From positions 2,136-66,135 of the forward strand of contig JAZDHK010000005.1 of assembly GCA_043806035.1 (NCBI GenBank): a stretch of DNA of 64,000 nt. The letters run 5' to 3'. This document shows positions 1 to 15,200 of this stretch, one piece after another; the stretch's first letter is position 1, and each line of letters starts with the position of its first letter. This DNA comes from an archaeon (GTDB lineage Archaea > Nanobdellota > Nanobdellia > Woesearchaeales > UBA9642). Made by a program: the position numbers and the translations under genes. The notes under the pieces were generated by a model. It saw only the letters and a list, made by a program, of their open reading frames with translations, had not been told where the DNA came from and ran no database searches.

Positions 1-230
1 CGTATGCAGGTATCCTGCGCTTATTGTCGTGTACGCTGCGGTGTCGTTGATGAGCGTTGGCAGTGTGAGATTTCCTCCATCCGTGCCATTGCCTAATTGG
101 CCATACGAATTGTCTCCCCAGCACAATACTCTGCTGTCGTTTGTTCGAATGGCGCACGTGTGTCTTTCTCCCGACGTGAGAGTGTCTGGCCTGACGAGCA
201 TGCCGGTAATGTTTGCTGCGCCATCAATGT
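1..230 (-). repeat. RCC1-like beta-propeller block 4 (partial, first blades only; continues beyond the window)
   Basis: The translation ends ...GERHTCAIRTNDSRVLCWGDNSYGQLGNGTDGGN...AAYTTISAGY at nt 1. Confidence 0.6.
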
Positions 231-3200
231 ACCAGGTGTAGTTGTAGACGAGCTTTTCCTCGAAAGGATCTGTGGCGTTGCAGTATCCGTACAAGGTGTC
301 GCTGTTGTTTGCGGATGGTGTTGGGATGATGCTTGCCGATATCATGGTTGGCTTGATGTACGTGAGTGTGTAATTCCCCTCGTCAGACCATTCCTCGTTG
401 CTGTCGGAATCATTGCCGAGGCAGTTCCACGTGTACGTGTCAGCATAGGGCAGGGTGAATGTCCAGTTCGTGCTGTTGATGATGCCACCCACGGCAGTGG
501 CGTTCGTAGTGATGAGGTCGTTTGTGCTGTTCCAAATGGAGAGCGTGAGCGCTGAGCTGTCCGTGTCATCCGTGATGTTGCACATGAATGCGTGTGTTGG
601 CTGCGTGGTGTTCGTCTGGTTTGCGGGACTGACGAGCTGCACTTTCAACGTTAAGTTCAGGATGCTGACTGAGCGCGTGCTCGTTGACAAATGTCCTGCC
701 GTGTCGATGGCGTACGCAGTGTACGTTTGGTTGCCATACTCGAGATTCGTGAAGTTATGATAGAGTGTGAATTCTGTGTTGTTGTACGAGGCGTTGATTT
801 CTTCCCAGGAGAGCTCGCGTGCGTAGATGCGCAGCTCATCCAGACTGCCGTTGAATCCACCTCCTCCAGACCAATACGAACCAAGCCTCAAGTTTGTCGT
901 CTGATTATATATCATGGCTCCTGGGAGAGTAGTGGTGGTGATGAGATTACCATCTCGGTATCCTTTCAGCGTTCCGCTGGCGTTGATGGTAAATGCAATG
1001 TGGCACCACGTCTGTGCAGGGCAAACACCTGCATTTGTGTAAGTTGCATCATTGCTACTGTTCTTGACACCAAATGCAGTCACGTTGGTGGCAGTTACGC
1101 CATAGATTAGCCAGGTCCAGCTGGAGGGTGAGTTCATAAGCATTATAGGATACGCCTGTTCAGCAGAGGCGTTCGGAGTGATATTCCAGTAGATCCAGAA
1201 CTCGAGCGTGAAGGGTACTGTGACATATGGTGTGTAATTGGCGATTGCGACATCGTATGTTACATTCGTTGCCTCACCGCCGTTGCTGAACCATAACGAG
1301 TTGCCAAACTTGCCAGCGGAGAAAGAGAATCCGCTTCCTGTTGAATTGGTGAGGTTTTTCTGCCCTGTTGAATTGTCGTAGACAGTGGTGTCGTTGACGG
1401 CGTCGAAGTTCCAGTACGCGCCTAACGTGTTGTTCCAGTCGAAGAACGCTGACGTGTTCGAGTAGTCGGTAATGGTGGTGTTGAGATACGCGTACGTTGC
1501 TGTCGTCAGTTCATTGTCTGGTGGTGTGGGATTCTCCCAGGTGATGACGGGTGGCAGGGTGTGGTTTACTGAGAAGGAAGTGTTTGCGGTGTTGCTGTTG
1601 TTGCTCGTGTCGTTTGCCCAGAGTGTTAGGTTGTATTGGCCGAGCTGCGTAAGATTAAGGAATGTGAGGGTGACGTTGCTCACTGCCGTGCTCGAGCTGA
1701 AGAGCAGGCTGCCGTCAGGATAGGTGATGTTGAACACGACATCACTAATTCCTGTGCCATCAGTCGCGGACCAGTTGATGTAAATGCTCTCGCTTCCCGC
1801 CTCAAGTATGCTGCTGTTCTTCTGGATGGCCAGCGTTGGGGCGACTTGGTCGAGTATGTGCGTGACGCTGCTGTTCAGCCACCTGCTCGTGAGCGTCGTG
1901 TTCGTGGCCATGCAGGATAACGTCCAATTCTCTCCCAGGCTCGTGAACGCATTGCCCAGAGTAGAAACGAGCAACTCTTGCGCTGAGGGCCAGCCTGGAT
2001 AGAAGCTTGCGGTGTTGTTGATGGGTGTGGGATTGTACATGCTGGTGGTGTTGCCATTGCCAAGCTGACCGTAGTCGTTGACGCCCCAGCACAGTACTTG
2101 TGAGTCGTTTGTCCTGATGCCACACGAACGATACGCTCTTGCGCTCACGCTCAGGTATGCTGCGCTGTCGTTGATGGGTGCGGGATTGGGATTGGTTCCT
2201 CCGCTGCTGCCATTGCCAAGCCGTCCATATCCGTTGCTTCCCCAGCACATGATTTGTGAGTCGTTCGCCCGGACGGCGCAGGTATGACCATATCCTGCGC
2301 TCACTGTCAGATATGCTGCGCTGTCGTTGATAAGTTGCGGGTTGAGAGCATTGCCTCCTGTGCTGCCGTTGCCGGTTGCACCGTCGCTATTGGCTCCCCA
2401 GCATTTGACGCTACCGTTGATGAGAATGCCGCAGGCATGATACTCTCCAGCGCTCACGCTCAGGTATGCTGCGCTGTCGTTGATAGGTGCTGGATTGTAA
2501 TGGTTTGTTTGCGTACCATCTCCTAACTGTCCGTTGCCGTTTCTTCCCCAGCATAACACTCGTGAGTCGTTTGTTCGTATGCCACACGTATACTCAATTG
2601 CTGCCGTTATGGTGATGTATGCTGCAGTATCATTGATGAGTGTTGGGTTGTACATGTTGGTGGTGTTGCCGTTGCCAAGCATGCCGTAGTTGTTCCTGCC
2701 CCAGCAGAGTGCTTTGCTGTCGTTTGCGCGTATGCCGCACGTGTGATAATTTCCTGCGCCAACTAGACTGTATGCTGTATCGTTGATGGGCCAGGGGTTC
2801 TTGTGCTGCGTGTCTGTGCCGTCTCCGAGCGCACCGTAAGGATTATATCCCCAGCACAGCACTTGAGAATCATTGGCACGAATGCCGCATGTGTGGGTGT
2901 AACCTGCACTTATTGCAGTATAGTTTGCACTGTCGTTGATGGGTATGGGATTGGGACTAGTTCCTCCATCACTACCGTTGCCGAGCATGCCCCACAAGTT
3001 GCTTCCCCAGCACAGCACTTGCGAATCATTCGCGCGTATGCCACACGTATGATACGTGCCAGCACTCAGTGTTCCTGCCTTGAACACCACACCATTCATG
3101 AAGGCCGTGCTGTCATTGTACCACGTGTAGTTGTACATGACCTTTCCACCAGTAGGATGCGTTGCGTTGCAATAACCAAGAAGGTTGTCCGTGTGGTTGG

Positions 3201-6200
3201 CGAACAATGCAGGACTGATGCGTACGCTGATGACAGTTATTGGCGTGTAGTTTATCGTGTAATTCCCTTCACTACTCCAGGCAGTGTTGTCAAAACTGTC
3301 ATTGCCCAAGCAATTCCACGTGAAAACGTCAGGATGGGGGAATGCGTACGACCAGCTCGTGCTGTTGCTCACTCCTGCCAGTGTTGTCACATTCGTCTGC
3401 AACGTTCCTGAACTGTTCCACACGTACACCGTCAATGCCTTCACTTGATAGTCGTCGGTGATGTTGCACGCGAGTGCATAACTGTCGTTGGTCGTGTTCG
3501 TCTGGTTGGCCGGGCTGACGAGATGCACGACAGGGGCAATGTCTTCCGTTATCAGTGTGCTGCTGCTGTTGAGCCAGGACGTCACTTGGCTGTTCTGGTC
3601 TGATGCGCTGCACGACAACGTCCAGTTCTCTCCCGTCTCGGTGAAGGCGCTTCCGATGACGCCGACGAGGACTTCCTTGCCCGCGGGGAAGCCGGGGAAG
3701 TAGCTGGAGGCGTCCGTGATGGTGGTTGGGTTAAGCTTTTGTGTGGTGTCGCCAATTCCAAGTTGTCCCCAATTATTATATCCCCAACAGAGTGCTTGAC
3801 CGTCGTTTGCTCGCACACCGCAACTGTAGTGTGCTCCTGCGGTGATGTACCTATACGTTGCGGTGTCGTTGATAAGGGCGGGATTAAGTCTGTCTGTTTG
3901 TGATCCGTCTCCTACTGCTCCGTTATCGTTTTTGCCCCAACAGAGTGCCATACTATCGTTGGCTCGAATGCCACAGGTGTGCTGCCAACCAGCATTCACA
4001 TCAGTATACGCACTCGTGTCATTGATGAGTGTGGGGTTGAGCCGTTGTGTTGTTGTCCCATCCCCCAGAGCGCCTTCCGTATTGTTTCCCCAGCAGAGGA
4101 CTCTGCTGTCATTGGCTCGAATGCCGCATGTATGCCGTCCAAAATCCCCTCCTCCGGTCGAGACCAGTCTGTACCCTGCCGTGTCGTTGATGGGTGTGGG
4201 GTTTTCTCTTTGTGTTTGTGTTCCGTCTCCTAATTGACCATTAGTATTATGACCCCAGCAGAGTACTCTGCTGTCGTTGGCTCGGATGCCGCACGAGTGG
4301 ATGTATCCTGCGCTTACTGACATATACGCGCCGCTGTCGTTGATGAGTGTTGGATTTGTTTTTGGTGTGTCCGTCGTTCCGTCTCCCGCTTGACCGACAT
4401 TGTTTTGGCCCCAGCAGAGCACGCGAGAATCGTTTCGTATAGCACAGGTGTGCACGCGCCCACCATAGATGCTTATGTAGGGAGTAGTATCGTTGATGGG
4501 TGTGGGCGTCCACATGTTGGTGGTGTTGCCATTGCCTAATTGGCCATTATCATTGTCTCCCCAGCAGAGTACTCTGCTGTCGTTAGCTCGAATGCCACAC
4601 GTATGATAATCACCAGAGCTAATAGTGCTGTATGCGCTGTCGTCTGCTGTCAGTGTCGGATTGAGCTTGTCATTTGGAGCATCGCCATCACCTATTTGAC
4701 CATTTGCATTGTCTCCCCAGCATAATACTCTGCTATCGTTCGCTCGAATACCACAGGTGTGCATACGTCCTGCGCTTATTGTTTCTGCCTTGAACAACGC
4801 GTTCTGGTAGATGATGGTGTTGTTGTACCAGGTGTAGTTGTACAGGACTTTGAGGTTTGCCGTGTGGCTTGCGTTGCAGTAGCCGAACAAGTTCAGGAGC
4901 GTGTCTGCCGTCGGCGTGGGATTGATTCTGCTGCCGTTCATTTCCGGATAGCTGATGCAGTCGTTGTTGCTGCAGAAATAGCCTTCGTCGCATTGGCTGT
5001 CATTGAAGCAGTCATGCCACGTTCCTTCAAGGCAGTAGTCGAGGTTGCTGTTCTCATCGACATCGAGGGGAATGGTATCATTCTCGTAGCAGCTCCTGTC
5101 AAAGACGCAACTATTCGTGATGTTGCAGCACGCGCTTGTAGTATTTGTGAATCCGGGAAGCCCTGAGGAAGAGGCTTGCGCGTAGAATTCTGTGCTGTCA
5201 TCGCCGCAGCAGTTGCTGTTGTACGTGCCATCACTCTGGCTCATGATGTCCCAGCTGAAGGAGGTGCTGTTGAGGATGTAGCAGCTCGCTCCGTTGCAAG
5301 CCGTGCTTCCTACTGTTTCGTCGCACGTGCATTGGCTGGCATCATCTGTTGAGAGGCTCGCGCCAGGATACGCTGACGTCAAGTACGGGCAGTAGATGAC
5401 CCTGCCCACCACTGGGCTGTCGCTATAATCAAGGATTTGTGCAGCGATAGTGTTCTCGTTCGTCGTTCCCCACCAGTTGCTCGTCGCATTCTGGTCTTTT
5501 GTTGTTCCCGACATTATCCAATCGTACGTCCCTCCGAAGACGTTGTTGTTTAGGAACGTGAGATTCTGGTCGTTTGTCGAGCTCAATGGGTAGACGATGT
5601 TGAACGTGTTGTTCGTGATGTTGCTCTGCACGACGTAGCTCATGTAATTCTCGTCAGCCAGCTTGAGCACGATGCCGTTGTAGTTGTAACGTATTCTGCT
5701 ATTGTTGATGGTGATGCCAATCACGTAACCTGTGCTGTCATCGTAATAGACGCCCGTGCCGCTGTTGTTCTCTATCGTGATGTTGTTGAATGTGTAGTCT
5801 TGCGAGGGAACTCCTTCGAGATAGACGCCATATTCTGAGCTGTTGGTTATCGTGACGTGTTGGACAGTTAATGCGCCAACATCTCCATCGAACGAAAGCC
5901 CTCTCGTCTGGTTTGTCGTCCCTCCCTTGAATGTGCCTCCGCTGATCGTTGTGCCAAAATCGTGAACGATGACGCTCCTGTTGAAGCCGTACACGTTGCA
6001 GTTGGTGAGGGAAGAGGCACCGTCTGCGAGTATGCCTGTGCCCGTTCCTTGATCGCCGCCGTAGATCCAGTAGTTGTTGCAGTCGACGGCCGCCCCGCTA
6101 GTGACAGTGATGCCTCCTGCAGGACAGCCCAGTCCCGTATCATTGGAAAGGTTGCCCGTGAAGTTCGTGTCTGTCGTTATCGTGTCTCCGCAGCCCACGA

Positions 6201-9200
6201 TGCTCAAGTTAATCCTGCCCGTTCCAATTTGGCTCTGCGTCAAGTTCCAGGTTTTGTTGTGCGTCGTTGCATATCCTGCCCGCGAGGCGATGAAGCTGTA
6301 ATTGGTGAAGTACGTCACGTTATCAGGATACACTTGCGTGCTGTTCTGGCTGTACTCGTAGAAGCTTTGCCCGGTGATGAGTCCTGAGGCGTCGGTCGTC
6401 GTGTTCATGAACAACGCGTATGAGTTGTCATAGGCGAGAACGGTCGCCCCGCTCACTGCAGTTCCCGAGAGTTTTCCCACAAAAAGATCGGCAAACCACT
6501 TTACATACAGTTTCGTCGCTCCCGCAGATGAGAACGTGATGTTTGATGTGTTATAGCCAATGGGGTTGATGAGGGTGAGGTTGTAATTTCCCGAGCCGGT
6601 GAGGTACAGCATGCGTGATGCGTTGCAGTCCGTGAAGCTGAAGTTCGTGAACGTATTGTTAGTTGCCGCGCTTGAATAGATGCATGTTCCTGCAACGTTG
6701 TTCGTGATGATTCCAGTCATGTCGTCGAATGTGTTATGCTGTCTACTTGGAATAAACGCCAAGATAGTGCTATTCACTCCGGCAAGCGTGTTGTTCCTGA
6801 AAGTGTTACTGTTGCTTGCGACTTCCAAGAGATGGGTTGTTTGGTTGAGGTCAGTGCTAATGTAGTTGTTCTGGATTGTTGCTGAGCCGCCAGTCACATC
6901 AATGCCGTACATCGTTCCCGTGTAGGATTCTGTCGTCATGCTGATGTTATTGCCAGTAAGGTTTGCGCTGCCTCCCAAAAGATGGATTCCTGATTTGATG
7001 TAACTCAGGTTGCACCGTGCAAGTATGGCGTTCGCTGCGCTTATCTCGAGACCTTTGCTGCCGGTAGTGTCAGAATAGCCCGCGCGTGAAATGAGGCTAT
7101 CTTGGACATTGAACGTTGCCCCACTTTGCACGACGAAAGCATAGTCTGCAGTGCTCGTCTCTCCATTCGTGATGTTGCTGCTGTTGCTCACATTGAATGT
7201 GCCGCTTCCCTGCACAGTAATGCCATACGTGCCGTCGCTGCTGCCATTCATTCTCAGTGTTTCCCTATTGAGGATGTACGTGCCATTAATAGTGAGGTTG
7301 CCATTCTGCCAAATCGTGCTTCCTCCATTCACTGTTTTGAACGTTCCACCATTCCTTACTCGGGTGTTGCCGTTCACGATGAGGGTAACATTGCTCAAGT
7401 TGAGATAACCGGTGCTGCCGATGTCCAGGCTGCCGTTGATGATGAGAGCTTGGTCTGAAAAGCTGCACGTTGACAGGACGTTGAACCCGTAGCTCAAGGG
7501 CGTGCAATTGACTGAATCATTGGCAAGGTACGTGATGTTGACCGCATACAGTTCTGGCTGGCTTGAGCTTGTGATTTCCCTGCCGAAGAATGCTTTGTAT
7601 TGGAAGTAGCGCGAGGTGCTGGCATTCAATTCCTGGCCAGTAAGATCGGTGTAGTAGGTGCTGTTTGAGCCGCTCGGTCCGGTGAAGTTCTCCCCGTTGC
7701 ATGCCGCATCGTCGCAATTTCTCGCTTGGAATGTGATGTTTCCCACATCGTTTGTTGCTGCGCTGAGCGTGTACCACACGCTGGCATTGCTGCCGATGTC
7801 AAAGACTTGCGAGGAATAATTCCCAAAACGGGTGTGACTTTGATTGGTGTAGAGCTGGCTGATAACACTTGAGCTGTACGCTGCATCGTAGATAGCAATT
7901 TCATCGTAATAGCCAGCAGCATCATTTACGAGACTCATGTTTGCGCCGATGCTGATGTTGACGCTGAGTGTCCCTATGTCTGCTCCCGGGAAGAGGTCTC
8001 CACTGCTATTGACGAGCTTAGAGCCATCACGATACAGGGTTATTTCTCCATCGCTCAGGCTCTTGTTCCACACGACAGCGTACATGTGCCAGCCCGAACT
8101 TGCTATGCCACTGTTTGCAGTAATAGTCTGTACAGTTTTGAAGTGCCTGAGGGTGACGTTTGCAGCATACATTATGCTCGGATTTATGTCGGACAAGGTC
8201 AGGTGATAGATCGAGCTACCATATATTTGTAAGAGGGTGAATGCTCCCGTGCCACTGTAACTTTTTCTGAACCAGAACGTCACCGTCCCATAGTCCATAT
8301 TCTTGCTGTCAGGATATCTCAACTCACACAGGTTGCTGCAGCCGAGGAAAGCTGTTCCGTTCATGGACTCATAGGTGAGGCTTGCTGAAAAGCCGTCATA
8401 ATTGGCGACTTCTCCCGAGTTGGCTCTAAAATCGTCGCCAGGTCCGTAGTCGAAGTATTGCAAGAACGTCGTCTGGCCATTGTTGATTGCCGCCTGCCTC
8501 GTATCGTCGATGGTGATGTTGGCAATGCCGTTAAGTGTTGTCCCTTGGCTGAAATTTCCGAGGCTGAACCCCGAAACTGTTTTGTTCGTCGACCAGTTGC
8601 TCTGGCTCGCATTGTTCGTTGCATAGCAGCCCAGTGATAATGCCTTGTCCATCAGCAGGCCTACGGGATTGATGTTGTTGCTGAAATCTGCCGTAGTATT
8701 GGCACTGAAGCCACTAACGCTTTGGTAGCTCACATTCTGCCACCCAACGGTGCCCGCATACAAGGTTATGTCATTGACCGTGCTGTACGCCGTTGCTGCC
8801 GTGCACGAGAACGGGCTTGCCGCATCTCCCGTGAATTTGACGTTCGTGCTTGCATCCGCGGGACTGTCAAGGCTCACGACGATGTTCGGTGATGCATTGA
8901 GAGTAAAGTTGTACGTTCCCGTCGCATTCTGCAGTTGCGAGTCGTTCGCGGTCGCCATCCAATAATACGCGCCATTTCGCATCGTGTACAAGTAGTAGAC
9001 TTCTTCCGCAGAAAGGTTTCTGTCCCAGACGGCGACGTCATCGATGGAGCCGCTCATGAATTCGCTGCCATCGAGACACTCACCAATGGTCAGGTTATTC
9101 GTTGCGGCAATGAGCAGAGGCACGCCTTCAAACTCGCCACTATCACAACGCAGGCCGTTGACGTAGATTTCATAGCCACCATCATGGACCACATAAACTA

Positions 9201-12200
9201 TCTGGACCCACGTTCCGACATCAGCACTTCTGCTGCAGGCAGCAGTTTCTTTCAGCCAATCACTCCCATTACCTATGCTGCCCTGAATGCTGCTTTTCAT
9301 TATTTTGAAGTTGAAAAGCTCGTCAGTGGCTCCAATGCGCGTACTCAGGACACAGTTATTGTCTCCGTCATTGTCGACGTTCACCCACGCGGCAACGGTA
9401 TAATTGCTCAACGCGAGAGAAGAGGAATACGGCACTTCCACATATTCTTCTCCGCTGAAGTTGTACGCTCCACCAAACTTCCCTCCAGTAATGTCCATAA
9501 CGGGGCAGGAATCACAGGTCGCATTATTATCATTGCCCGAATAGTCACGTGCAAACGTATCATTTTCTCCATACTCTGAGAGGTTATCGAAGTGCACCAG
9601 CAACACAGTGTTGTCGTCTGCAGCAATAGGCGCGGACGTCCAGGGATAAATGGACGTGGTGTTAGTAATACTCAGGTTATACCTGAGAACGCTGGTGTCG
9701 AGCTGGGAAGCGTTCATGCTGCCGAAGAAACGCACGGTCGAGGGAAGCGTGCCATTCACGCTGATGTTCAAGTTCACTGAGGAAACCGTGGCATCATTCG
9801 CTGGGCTGTTCACGGTGATGTACGGAGGAATTCTGTACCCGTAGTAGTGGTAGCCGATGTCGAGAGGAGAGAGATCTCCCGACATGCCGTCGGGGTTCGT
9901 GCCGTAACCTGAAGAAGCAAGCGGAGATCCGCCGTAATAGCTGCCTGCATTGATGATAGGAGAGGACTGGTTCAAGTAATGACTGTTGCCGTTCGCAGCA
10001 ACAAGCGGATTGTCCGTGAGGTTGATCTCGTTGCTGTACGTCTGGTTCGTGCAATTGTCTTCTGTCTGGTTGTAGTATCTGCACGCAACGTTATAGTGTG
10101 CGTTGTAATCATGGACGTATGTGTCGAGCACCTCTGAGTCGTTGAAGCTTATCGAGGTGTTCGTGTTCAGGAAAAGATTATTCGTTATGCTGTTTTGGGG
10201 ATAGTTTGCTGATCCTATTTCTTCTATCGCAACGCCGAGTATGCCATCAAACGTGTTTGAAGCTACAATGAACGCTTCATAGTTAATCTGTTTTCCTTTC
10301 AGGCCGTCCGTGCAGTTGATGATGAGATTTTTTTTGAATTCAGTGATTGTATTGAAGTTGATGTAGCCATCGTTCTCTTTGAAGATGTTGTCGTATATGA
10401 TCATGCCTGCTGTTGGACCGTCCAAATATGGCCTACCGGAAGCGTAACTGACCTGCATCCACTCAAAATGATACGTTGTGGTGCTGTTGATGCTTCCCCA
10501 GTCACCTTTGCTTGGCGTTGCATTGCTTCCTGAAATATTCGCCCCCACTGTATTGTCGTTGATGGAGGTGAAGTACGTCAGTGTGCTGCTCGAATAGGTG
10601 TAATTGAGATTTGCCACGTTGATGCTGCCGTTCCCTGCTGGCGTGCTTGCTGACTTCACGATGCTTCCTGCCAGCAGTGTCCAGTTGCTAACGTATAACG
10701 TGCAGCCTGTGCAGAGGAACAGCGTGTCATTCCTTCCATAATAGACGAGGTTACTGGGCATGATTCTGTTGTAGGTGGTCAGATTGATTTGGAAAGGATA
10801 TGCTGGCGTTGTCTGGTATGCAGAGCTGTTGATGTATGTGAAATTCTGTGCGGCAATGGTCATTCCTGTCGCAAGATTCCAACCCACATTCTCAATGGAT
10901 GTGTTGATGATGCTCAAGCGCGCTGTCTGGTCTGCGCTGATCTCGTACTTTGCCTCTGCAACATCTCCATTCGTGATGTTGCTCAGGTTGGTGCTGAGAT
11001 TTCCCGCATCCTGCACGATGATATTTGCACTGCCGTTCTCTGTCCCGTTCATGCGTATGGTCTCATTGTCCCAGATGACCGTGCCATTGATAGTGAGGTT
11101 GTCGTTGAACCAGAGCGTGCTTCCACCGTCTCGTGAGATGAAGATTGCACCATTTGCCACGCTGGTTGTCCCATTGACGCGCAGTGTGCTGTTCTGCAAG
11201 GTGAGATTGCCTGTTATGTTCAATACGTTAACCGTGAGGTTGGTGTTCGTGAGGTTGAGTGCCGCGTCCGAGGAAATGGTGAGCGCGTCCACTGCCAAAT
11301 TGCTGTCTGCGCAGTTCGTGGCTTGGCTGAGCGTCTCATTTCCTGATGGCGAAGTGCATGCTGTAGTCGACGATTGCCTGGCATCCTTCACCGTGCTGCC
11401 ATTCTGGTCTATAGCCCATGCTGTGTAGTTGTACGTTCTGGATGCTATGCCTAACGTAACGTCCGTGAAGTTGTTCTTTAACTGGTAGAGTCCGCTGTTG
11501 TACGAGGCGTTGATCTCCTGCCATGACAATGTCCTATTCCAGATCTTCAGTTCATCAATGCTGCCGTTGAACCCGCAACAGTATGACCCGCTGCCGATGG
11601 TCACCCAATTTGGGTTTGTTCGGGACAGGCTGCAGTTGCCGTTCGCCAATGAATCGTTGAGTTGGCCGTTGACGTACACTCGCATGGATGTGCTGTTGTA
11701 CGTGCCGCAGCCGTAATACCACGTATCTGCCAGAAGAATAGAGTCACTCAGTCCTACGCTGTATTCCGTGCCAGCTCTTTTGCAGCCGAAGATGAGACTA
11801 TTACTTTCTTGCCAGATGAGCTGGGTGAAGTTGTCATTGTCCCCGTGCCTGTCTCTCAACAGCACTTGTGTCGTGCCGAGACCATCGTCGGCTCGCTTGA
11901 ACCAAAGGCAAATAGTCATTTCAGTGTAGTCCTCGAGCAGGTTCTCGTTTGACGAGACGTTCAGATAGGACGCGTTTCCTCCAGTGAAGGTTACGCCCTG
12001 GCCGAATTTTCCTTCTCCTATCGGCGAAGGGGTCATGTTGGTGAACGTGGCATTGTATCCATATGTTGAGTTGTCGAACACATGCGTGTCGTTGTAGTAT
12101 TCGAACGAATAATAGGCGACGAGACTTCTGTTCCAGTCGAAGAACGCTGACGTGTTCAGCAAGGAGGTGATGGTTGCATTCAGGTATGCCCACGCGGTCG

Positions 12201-15200
12201 TTATGTTCTCTCCCACTTCTGGTGTCGGGTCTTCCCAAGTGATGTTTGGCAAGGCATAGTATGCTATGCTATAATTTTGGCCCCAGTTGCTGTTCCCTAC
12301 AGAGTCATTCCCTTCGCAATTCCAGGTGAAGCTGCCTTCGTACGGGAGGGTGACTGTCCAGTTCGTGCTGTTGCTCGTCCCCCCTACGCTGACGGTTGTG
12401 CGGCTGATGTTCCACCACATACCTTCCTCCCAGATTCTGGCGCTTGAAAGATAGGATCTTAATGTCTGCCAGTCGGTAGAGTTCCAGCATTGCCAATACG
12501 TATCTGTATTGTGCTGATCTGATTCAGCACGCAATTGCAGAGAAGTTTGGTCCCAGCACAATTGCGGTAGAGAGAGATTCATTGTGGCTTCATTATCCTT
12601 CACCTGCCAAAGACTGGTGGATTGTGCCCTGGCTGGCTTTGAGTAATTTACGTACATGTAGCCGGGCTCCTCCTCGTCAGGTAGGTAAGTTCCATACGAT
12701 TCGTAATTTCCATCGTTTAGATTACCTCCGTCCGTCCACATTCCTGTGAGTGCATATGCTCCCGTAGCCAAGCCGCCGCAACTCGTAAGGGTGTTCGCGC
12801 TTTCCTGGTAACACCATTCAGATATGTCCGCTGCGACATTATCTCCCGTGCTGTTCCACACGTACAATGTCACGTTGGCTATTCCTGCATTGTCCGTGAT
12901 GTTGCACGTGAACGTGTTGTCTGCGGTGATTGTGCGGGTCTGGTTGGCTGGACTCACGAGAGTTACTGTTGGAGGGGCACCGTCTATGGTGATCGTTTGC
13001 GTGCTCTTCGTCATGTTGCCGTTCTCATCGGTGGCCCATGCCGTGTAGCTGTACGTGCCGTTGTCAAGCTGAGTGAAGTTGTTCTCCAGCCTGAAGAGGC
13101 CATTGTTGTACGAGGCGTTGATTTCCTGCCAGGAAAGCACCCGTTGATGGATGCGTGCTTCGTCGACAATTCCTTTAAAGGGGTAGCCGCTGCTGCCAAT
13201 TTTTACTGATGAATTTGAAGGGTACAGGTCTGTCATTCCTGCTGTTGCTGTCTGCTTGTCGCCATTGATGTAGACACTGACGTTGTAGCTCTCATTGAGG
13301 GTGAACACGTAATGATACCACGTCCCTACCGTTGCAGAGGCATCTGATATGACGCCACTCATTGTACTTGTTGAATTCCTGAAAGCAACGTTGGTTTTAT
13401 TGTCTGAAGCTAGGCCGTAGATGAGCCAAGAATACCAGGGGGTTTCCGAATGCCACTTGCCAAAGATGTAACTCGCGGTGCCCGTCTCGTTCGGCAGTAC
13501 GTCGTATTTGAACCATATCTCTACAGTGAGCGGTGCAGTTATGAATGTGCCGTTCGCGCCGGCTGCGGACAATGTGGCGCCGGTGCTGAAGTTGAGTCCT
13601 TTGCCATATCGTCCTGTGCTGATGTTGCTCGTGGAGAGTCCTGCTCCAAATGTTGCAAAATAATTGTTGCTCGAATTATCAAGTATGCCTGACGTGTTGT
13701 AGTACTCGAAATTCCAGTACGCGCCTAACGTGTTGTTCCAGTCGAAGAATGCGGACGTGTTCAGGCTGGCGTTCACCGTTGCGTTCAAGTATGCCCAGTC
13801 ATTGGTTGTGGTTGCTCCATTTTCTGGCGTTGGATACTCCCACGTGATGTTTGGCGGATTATACGGTGGGCCTATGGTTGTTGCCGAGCTGTTCAGCCAG
13901 GTGCTGTTAGAGAAGCCATCCTGTGCCTGGCAGGAAAGGATCCAACTATCACCATTCGTTGTGTGGCGGTTGTGCTGCATGCTTACGAACACTTCCTGTC
14001 CTGACGGGAAGCCAGGCATGTAGCTTGACGTGCTATTGACATAGACCGGACTATTACGCTGTGTGTTCGTGCCATCGCCAAGTTCATAGTAGTAGTTTCC
14101 TCCCCAGCATTTCGCCGTGCCGTTCAGCAACACGCCGCAAGTAGAGAATGAGTTAAATGCTGCACTATTATCCCCGCCAGCGTCTACAATCACATATGAT
14201 GCCGTGTCATCAATGAGCACTGGGGAATCCCGCTCTGTAGCGTCACCATGACCTCCTTCACCCACATAGTCAATTCCCCAGCATAATACTCTGCTGTCGT
14301 TTGCTCGAATACCGCAAGCATCAGTTATGCTTACTGTTATCCATGAATAAGCAGCAGTGTCAGTCGTCTGTTTCGGATTAGGTTCATTGCCGGTAGCCGA
14401 TCCAATACCCACTTGTCCCATGCTGTTATCTCCCCAGCAGAGCACTCTCGAGTCGTTTGCTCGAATGCCACACGTCACGCCAATCCCGTTACTAAAACTT
14501 TCAATAGTTATCATGGAGTACGCACTCGTATCATTAATGAGTGTTGGATTGTTTTTTTGTGTTGTGCTGCCATCGCCAAGTTGGCCATTACCATTCAATC
14601 CCCAACATAATACTCTGCTGTCGTTTGCTCTGATGCCACACGTGCTGTCTCCACCGACAGAGATGCTCGAGAATGAAGACGTAGTGTTGATGAGTGTCGG
14701 ATTAATTCTATCTGTATCCTCAGTGCCGTCTCCCAATTGTCCGTAGGTGTTGCTTCCCCAGCAGAGCACTCGTGAATCGTTGGCTCGGATGCCGCACGTC
14801 GTGCCCCATGTGTTTGGAGCACTAGGCCATCCGCCCACACCAACTTGTGTATACGCTGCCGTGTCATTAATGAGCGTTGGATTGAGCTTGTCTGTTGTCG
14901 TGCCATCACCTAACTGTCCACGTTGATTGTCTCCCCAGCATAATACTCTGCTGTCGTTTGCTCGTATGGCGCAGGTGTGTACGTTGCTTGCCGAGACCAT
15001 GAGATACGCGCTCGTATCGTTGATGGGTATGGGATTGTGGCTGTTGCCTCCGGTGCTGCCGTTGCCAAGCTGGCCGTACGTGTTGTCTCCCCAACACAGA
15101 ATGTATGAGTCATTCGCACGAATGCCACACGTATGGACGCCTCCGGTCGTTATGGTGTTTGCTTTGAATAATCTGCCTGAGGTGTTGAGTACATCATTCC